Shown: positions 58,019 to 63,519 of the stretch, in pieces
Layout of the letters: the number at the start of each line of letters is the position of its first letter
How positions within the stretch are numbered: position 1 is the first letter of the stretch
Source: Clostridia bacterium
GTDB lineage: Bacteria; Bacillota; Clostridia; CAKSNL01; HGM11501
Assembly: GCA_045545475.1 (NCBI GenBank)
Contig: JAZQAZ010000009.1
Location: 1-63,519 of the forward strand
DNA length: 63,519 nt
Reading direction: 5' to 3'
Made by a program: the position numbers and the translations under genes
The notes under the pieces: generated by a model
Databases searched by the model: none
The model's input: only the letters and a program-made list of their open reading frames with translations
What the model was told of the DNA's origin: nothing

Positions 58019-58624
58019 GTGAAGCAAATGAATCTTAACAAAGCCTCACTTGTAATAAGTGCCGTTAAAGAGGCACAGTACCCGAAAACGAAATTGCCTG
58101 AGGTTGCTTTTGCGGGGCGTTCTAATGTGGGAAAATCATCCTTCATAAATAAAATGCTCAATCGCAAAAATTTAGCCAGAACTTCGTCGAAACCGGGTAA
58201 GACCGCCACGATAAATTTTTATAATATAGATGACACTTTAATGCTTGTGGACCTTCCGGGATACGGCTATGCAGAAGTTTCAAAAGCAGAAAAAGCAAAG
58301 TGGTCGGAAATGATAAACCACTATATTTACACAAGAGAAAATCTTATGACCACGTTTTTAGTGGTGGATTCCAGACACAAGCCGTCGGCAGACGATGTTA
58401 CAATGTATAACTTCTTAAAGGAAAGCCAGGGTTGCGTAATTATAATCGCAACAAAAACCGACAAGGTAAAAAAGTCAGAGCTTTCAAAGAATCTGGAACT
58501 TATAAAAGAAACTCTTTCCCTTGACGGAGAGGATGTTTTAATTCCCTTTTCGGCGGAAAAGGGTGAGGGAGTTCCCGACGCTTGGGAGGTGCTTTATGAC
58601 GTTGTTGAACAAAGCAATAAGTGA
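58019..58624 (+). CDS. engB: Ribosome biogenesis GTPase EngB/YsxC/YihA
   Basis: GRSNVGKSS, DLPGYG, TKTD; follows lon. Confidence 0.95.
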   Translation: MKQMNLNKASLVISAVKEAQYPKTKLPEVAFAGRSNVGKSSFINKMLNRKNLARTSSKPGKTATINFYNIDDTLMLVDLPGYGYAEVSKAEKAKWSEMINHYIYTRENLMTTFLVVDSRHKPSADDVTMYNFLKESQGCVIIIATKTDKVKKSELSKNLELIKETLSLDGEDVLIPFSAEKGEGVPDAWEVLYDVVEQSNK

Positions 58625-59039
58625 AGCATTCTTAGAGGCGGAAAAAGCTAAAGAAGAAGGCGAAATTCCCGTGGGTGCAGTTATTTTCAGCGACAAGGAA
58701 ATAATAGCAAAGGCTCACAATTTAAGGGAACAGAAAAAATCTCCCACAGCACATGCCGAGATACTTGCTATAGAAAAAGCAGCTGCAAAAATTTCGGACT
58801 GGAGACTTTCTGATTTATCAATTGTTGTAACGCTTGAACCTTGCGTAATGTGTGCGGGTGCGATAATGAATTCAAGATTGAAAAATGTTTATTTTGCCGC
58901 ATATGATCCCGATGCCGGGGCATTCGGAGGAAAAATGGATGTATCGGAAGGTAAATGCAACATCTGCGGCGGAATATTCAAGGAAAAAGCTGAAGATTTA
59001 ATATCCGGATTTTTCAAAGAAAAGAGAAAGGATGAATAA
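58596..59039 (+). CDS. tadA: tRNA-specific adenosine deaminase
   Basis: EIPVGAV, HAE, TLEPCVMCAGA; GGAGGT RBS inside engB. Confidence 0.88.
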   Translation: MTLLNKAISEAFLEAEKAKEEGEIPVGAVIFSDKEIIAKAHNLREQKKSPTAHAEILAIEKAAAKISDWRLSDLSIVVTLEPCVMCAGAIMNSRLKNVYFAAYDPDAGAFGGKMDVSEGKCNICGGIFKEKAEDLISGFFKEKRKDE

Positions 59040-59041
59040 TA

Positions 59042-60964
59042 ATGGAAAAGGAAAAATTTTATATAACAACTGCTATTGCATACACTTCAAGAAAGCCTCA
59101 CATAGGTAATACCTATGAGGTTGTTTTAACCGATGCAATTGCACGTTTTAACCGTCTTATCGGCAAGGATGTATTTTTCCTTACAGGTACCGACGAACAC
59201 GGTCAGAAAATTGAAGACTGTGCAAAAGAGGCAGGAATAACTCCTCAGGCATATGTTGACAAGGTTGCAGGAGAAATTAAGGACATCTGGAACTTAATGG
59301 GCGCAAGCTATGATAAGTTTATCCGTACAACCGATAAGGAACACGTAGAAGTTGTACAGAGAATTTTCAAGAAGTTCTATGACCAGGGCGACATTTATAA
59401 GTCAGAGTACGAAGGTCTTTACTGCGTTCCCTGCGAATCCTTCTTTACAGAAACCCAGGCAGAGGGCGGAATCTGCCCCGATTGCGGAAGACCTGTAAAG
59501 AAAACCCACGAGGAAGCATACTTCTTTAAAATGAGCAAATATCAGGACCGCCTTATAAAGTACATCGAGGACAATCCCGATTTCATTCAGCCCGAGGCAA
59601 GAAAGAAGGAAATGATAAATAACTTCTTAAAGCCGGGTCTTCAGGATTTGTGCGTATCAAGGACATCCTTCAAGTGGGGCGTTCCCGTAACTTTTGACGA
59701 TAAGCACGTTATCTATGTGTGGATTGACGCACTTTCAAACTATATCACGGCTCTTGGTTATGATACCGAAGGCTCTTCTGACCTTTACAAAAAGTACTGG
59801 CCCGCAAACGTGCACATTATCGGTAAGGATATTTTAAGATTCCACACAATTTACTGGCCTATTATGCTTATGGCTTTGGGTGAGCCGCTTCCCAAGCAGA
59901 TATTCGGCCATCCCTGGCTTCTTTCCGGCGGCGATAAGATGAGTAAGTCCAAGGGTAACGTACTTTATGCAGACGATCTTGTAAGACATTTCGGCGTTGA
60001 TGCCATAAGATATTACGTGCTTCGTGAAATGCCCTTTGCAGCTGACGGCACAATTACACTTGAAACCATAATTTCAAGATACAATGCTGACCTTGCAAAT
60101 ACACTGGGTAATCTTGTAAACAGAACAGTTGCCATGATTAATAAATACTTCGGCGGAGAAATCACCAATCCTAATGTTTCGGAAGATGTTGATCTTGAAC
60201 TTATTAAGGAATGTACCGACACGGTTTCTTCTGTTGCCGAAAAGATGAAGACTTTACGTGTTGCAGATTCACTTGATGCCATATTCGCCCTTGCAAGAAG
60301 AAGCAACAAGTACATCGACGAAACAATGCCCTGGGCACTTGCCAAGGACGAAGCAAAGAGCGACCGATTAAAGACTGTTTTATACAATCTTTCCGAGGCA
60401 ATAAGAGTAATCGGCGTTCTTCTTTCTCCCTTTATGCCAGAGACAGGTAAGAATATCCTTACAGTAACAGGTGCAGCCGATGCAACATACGAATCTATTC
60501 TTTCCTTCGATAAGGAAAGAAATGTTAAAGTAGGCGAGGCAAAACCCCTCTTTGCAAGACTTGATGAAGCTAAAAAGCTTGAAGAAGTAGAAGCTGACCT
60601 TTTCAAGCCCGTTGAAGAAGCTAAGGAAGAGGAAAAAGAAGAATTTATCACTATTGACGATTTTGATAAAATTAAGCTTAAAACCGCAAAGGTATTAGCT
60701 GCAGAAAAGGTTGAAAAGGCAGATAAGCTATTAAAGCTTACCGTTGAAGTAGGAAACGAAGTAAGAACTGTTGTATCGGGAATTGCAAAAAGCTATACTC
60801 CCGAGGATATGGTTGGAAAGACAGTTATCTTAATTACCAACTTAAAGCCTGCAAAAATCCGTGGAATCGAGTCAAACGGTATGATTCTGGCAACCTGTGA
60901 CGACGGTGAAATCAACATAATCACAACTCACAAGGAAGGCAAGAGCGGTCTGGAGGTAGGCTGA
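59042..60964 (+). CDS. metG: Methionine--tRNA ligase with C-terminal tRNA-binding domain
   Basis: PHIGN, GTDEHG, CxxC/CPDC knuckle, YVWIDAL, KMSKS, OB domain. Confidence 0.97.
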   Translation: MEKEKFYITTAIAYTSRKPHIGNTYEVVLTDAIARFNRLIGKDVFFLTGTDEHGQKIEDCAKEAGITPQAYVDKVAGEIKDIWNLMGASYDKFIRTTDKEHVEVVQRIFKKFYDQGDIYKSEYEGLYCVPCESFFTETQAEGGICPDCGRPVKKTHEEAYFFKMSKYQDRLIKYIEDNPDFIQPEARKKEMINNFLKPGLQDLCVSRTSFKWGVPVTFDDKHVIYVWIDALSNYITALGYDTEGSSDLYKKYWPANVHIIGKDILRFHTIYWPIMLMALGEPLPKQIFGHPWLLSGGDKMSKSKGNVLYADDLVRHFGVDAIRYYVLREMPFAADGTITLETIISRYNADLANTLGNLVNRTVAMINKYFGGEITNPNVSEDVDLELIKECTDTVSSVAEKMKTLRVADSLDAIFALARRSNKYIDETMPWALAKDEAKSDRLKTVLYNLSEAIRVIGVLLSPFMPETGKNILTVTGAADATYESILSFDKERNVKVGEAKPLFARLDEAKKLEEVEADLFKPVEEAKEEEKEEFITIDDFDKIKLKTAKVLAAEKVEKADKLLKLTVEVGNEVRTVVSGIAKSYTPEDMVGKTVILITNLKPAKIRGIESNGMILATCDDGEINIITTHKEGKSGLEVG

Positions 60965-61722
60965 TGATTTTTGACTCTCATGCCCATTATGATTCTCATC
61001 AGTTTGATGATGATAGATCTGAGCTTCTTGATAAAATGCCTGAAACGGGAGTTTCCGGCATAGTGAACTGCGGATGCGATATTCCTTCATCAAAAATGAG
61101 CCTTGAATTTGCAGATAAATATGACTTTATTTATGCATCCGTAGGCTTTCATCCGGGTAGCGTCAAAGATTATAAAGAGGGAGACCTTGATATAATAAAG
61201 GAGCTTTCGAGGCATAGAAAATGTGTTGCCATAGGCGAGATTGGTATGGATTACCACTACACCAAGGAGTTTAAGGAAGAACAGAAGGCTCTTTTTATAA
61301 GCCAGCTTCGTCTTGCGAAGGAAGTGGGAAAGCCTGTTATAATTCACGAGCGTGAAGCATTTTCCGATTGCTATGAAATCCTAAAAGCAGAAAAGCCTGA
61401 AAAAGGCGTTATGCATTGCTATTCCGGAAATAAGGAAACATTGCCGATGATTTTATCATTAGGGCTATATATCGGCATAGGTGGTGCACTTACCTTCAAA
61501 AACAATGTGAAAACAGTAGAGGTTTGTCCACTGATTCCGAAGGACAGGCTTCTGCTTGAAACCGATGCACCCTACCTTGCCCCGGTGCCCTTAAGAGGAA
61601 AGCGAAATCACTCCTCTTATATAATCCATGTGGCAGAGCGTGTGGGCGAGCTTATGAATCTTACAACAGAAGAGGTTCTTAAGATAACCGAGGAAAATGC
61701 AAAAAGATTTTTTGGAATTTAA
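60964..61722 (+). CDS. tatD: TatD family hydrolase
   Basis: DSHAH, GFHP, GEIGMDY, HCY, LETDAPY. Confidence 0.93.
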   Translation: MIFDSHAHYDSHQFDDDRSELLDKMPETGVSGIVNCGCDIPSSKMSLEFADKYDFIYASVGFHPGSVKDYKEGDLDIIKELSRHRKCVAIGEIGMDYHYTKEFKEEQKALFISQLRLAKEVGKPVIIHEREAFSDCYEILKAEKPEKGVMHCYSGNKETLPMILSLGLYIGIGGALTFKNNVKTVEVCPLIPKDRLLLETDAPYLAPVPLRGKRNHSSYIIHVAERVGELMNLTTEEVLKITEENAKRFFGI

Positions 61723-61801
61723 TTTAAAGAGCACTGAACATGTTTCGGTGCTTTTTTTATATTAAATCGCAGTTTTGTCCAACAATCGCAACATTTTCAT
61801 A

Positions 61802-61830
61802 TTGACATAGTTTTTAAAAAAAGATATACT
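61802..61830 (+). promoter_or_regulatory. Sigma-A promoter
   Basis: TTGACA-17 bp-TATACT. Confidence 0.7.
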
Positions 61831-61849
61831 TAAATAGAGGTGATCTGTT

Positions 61850-63379
61850 ATGGGAAAAAGACAGATAATTAATATCGTCAATTTTATTCGTGATGCAGAA
61901 CCGAGACTTCCGATGGACTTAATAACTCCTGTTAAAATGCAGATTGAACTTATGAAAAAGCATAACTTAAAGGGAACATTTCTGCTTCAGTATGATGCTC
62001 TCATGGACAAGGTATATCAGGATATGCTAATGGAGCTTGACAAATCTCAGTTTGAAATAGGGGTGTGGCTTGAAATTGTTGAGCCGCAGGTTAAAAAAGC
62101 AGGACTTACCTGGAGAGGAAGATACTCCTGGGACTGGGCAACGAATGTGGGCTTTTCTGTGGGCTATACAAGGGAAGAACGTGAAAAGCTTATAGATGTT
62201 CTTTTTTCGGATTTTAAAGAAATCTTCGGTTATTACCCCAAGGTTTTAGGTTCCTGGCTATACGATACTCACACTATAAAATATGCAAACGAAAAGTACG
62301 GATTGTCTGCAATATGCAACTGTAAGGAGCAGTACGGAACGGACGGATACACTCTTTGGGGTGGCTATTACGGTCAGGGTTATTACCCGTCAAAAAATAA
62401 CGTTTTTCTTCCTGCGGGAAAAAGCGAAAATCAGATTGATGTTCCACTTTTCAGAATGCTTGGGTCAGATCCGGTATATCAGTTCGACCACGGTATGAGC
62501 GTTGAGAAAAATGAAAACAGCGTTCAGGGCGTTATCACGTTGGAGCCGGCAGCAACCGAGGCAGGAGGAAACGATTTTTCCTGGATTGACTGGTACTTAA
62601 AGGAAAACTTCAATGGAGAATGCCTTTCTTTCGGTTATGCTCAGGCAGGTCAGGAAAACAGCTTCGGCTGGGCGAGAATGGGAAAAGGACTTACCTATCA
62701 GTTTGAGCAATTTGAAAAACTTCAGAAGGAAGGAAAAATTTCGGTTGAAACATTGGGCGAAAGCGGAGAATGGTTTAAGAAGACTTATAAAATGACTCCC
62801 GCCTCTGCCATAACGGCACACAGTGCCTATGACGACGAAGATAAAAGCTCCGTATGGTATTCAAGCAAAAATTACCGCATAAATCTTTATTCAGACCACG
62901 GAAAATTCAGAATAAGGGATGTACATATTTTCTCGGATAAGCTTAATGATCCCTTTATGGATGAGGTTTGCACCACGGAAAAGGCCTGCTATGAGGCACT
63001 TCCCTTTATTGACGGAAACCGCTACAGCGGAAACGGAATTCTGGCAGGCGGATATATAGAAGGAATTGAATCTTTTTCCGATATGAGCTTTTCAGACCTT
63101 GGCGACGGATGTGCAAAGGTAAGCTATGGCGATATTTCATTTTGTCTTAAGGAAAATTCTTTTAAGATAGAGGGAAATAAGCCATTTACACTTAAAAACG
63201 TGATTGGGATTGACGGAAACCATAAGCCTTCGGTTTTGTCTCTCAATGACAAAGAAGTTACCTTTGAGTACGGGGGAGAAAAGTACAGGGTAAAGACAAA
63301 AATTGGTAAAGTAATAAACGAAAATGAATTTTCATCGGAGGAAAATTGCCTTCTGATTGAATTTGAAACAGCAATATAA
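61850..63379 (+). CDS. Hypothetical protein, probable carbohydrate-active barrel (deacetylase/GH57-like topology)
   Basis: L.GTFLLQYDAL, EIGVWLE, FKEIFGYYP..GSW, TDGYTLWGG; family assignment is tentative. Confidence 0.55.
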   Translation: MGKRQIINIVNFIRDAEPRLPMDLITPVKMQIELMKKHNLKGTFLLQYDALMDKVYQDMLMELDKSQFEIGVWLEIVEPQVKKAGLTWRGRYSWDWATNVGFSVGYTREEREKLIDVLFSDFKEIFGYYPKVLGSWLYDTHTIKYANEKYGLSAICNCKEQYGTDGYTLWGGYYGQGYYPSKNNVFLPAGKSENQIDVPLFRMLGSDPVYQFDHGMSVEKNENSVQGVITLEPAATEAGGNDFSWIDWYLKENFNGECLSFGYAQAGQENSFGWARMGKGLTYQFEQFEKLQKEGKISVETLGESGEWFKKTYKMTPASAITAHSAYDDEDKSSVWYSSKNYRINLYSDHGKFRIRDVHIFSDKLNDPFMDEVCTTEKACYEALPFIDGNRYSGNGILAGGYIEGIESFSDMSFSDLGDGCAKVSYGDISFCLKENSFKIEGNKPFTLKNVIGIDGNHKPSVLSLNDKEVTFEYGGEKYRVKTKIGKVINENEFSSEENCLLIEFETAI

Positions 63380-63519
63380 AAGGAGCTAACTATATAAAAA
63401 TCAAGTAGTTTTTGAATTTTTTAAAATTAGTTAGCGAAACACTGTACATTGAAAATATATAAATAATTGTGGATTTTGTGGCATGGCAAATAAACCTTCA
63501 AGAGAAGGCGATTTGTAAA

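Noticed and set aside
60013-60651. 212-aa antisense ORF in metG, and the many other short opposite-strand or alternate-frame ORFs in the track
   Set aside because: They are shadows of well-supported genes with no recognisable motifs.
63484-63519. c-di-GMP-I riboswitch
   Set aside because: GGCAAA is present, but the GAAA tetraloop and GACGCAAAG core are not visible before the window ends.

Overview
Chromosomal segment of a low-GC Gram-positive anaerobe (Clostridia-like, inferred from gene content, sigma-A promoters and a T-box). Bases 1-~1830 are the visibly AT-rich end of an integrated mobile element: a TOPRIM/DUF3991-like gene, a structured leader with terminator, and integrase-arm-like repeats. 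A mini-hairpin array and tRNA-Lys(CTT) follow. Next come housekeeping genes (Lrp plus aminotransferase, galE, tyrS, prfA), a probable Tyr T-box controlling a Na+:solute symporter and acyl-CoA ligase, a divergent cysteine-synthase-family gene and a BMP-type ABC transporter. About 20.5-53 kb is an accessory catabolic region: five AraC regulators, secreted glycan-active proteins with copper-amine-oxidase-N-like (stalk) domains, three Gfo/Idh/MocA oxidoreductases, ThuA, a DegT aminotransferase, a ceramidase-like hydrolase, an orphan EutH, tandem GH106-like paralogs and a structured ~230 bp insert. The right end holds nif3-like, M23 peptidase, lon, engB, tadA, metG, tatD and a hypothetical gene. 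The strongest leads are three structured non-coding elements (72-246, 1832-2000, 38347-38589) and the Tyr T-box operon. All family calls are from motifs read by eye; no database searches were run.
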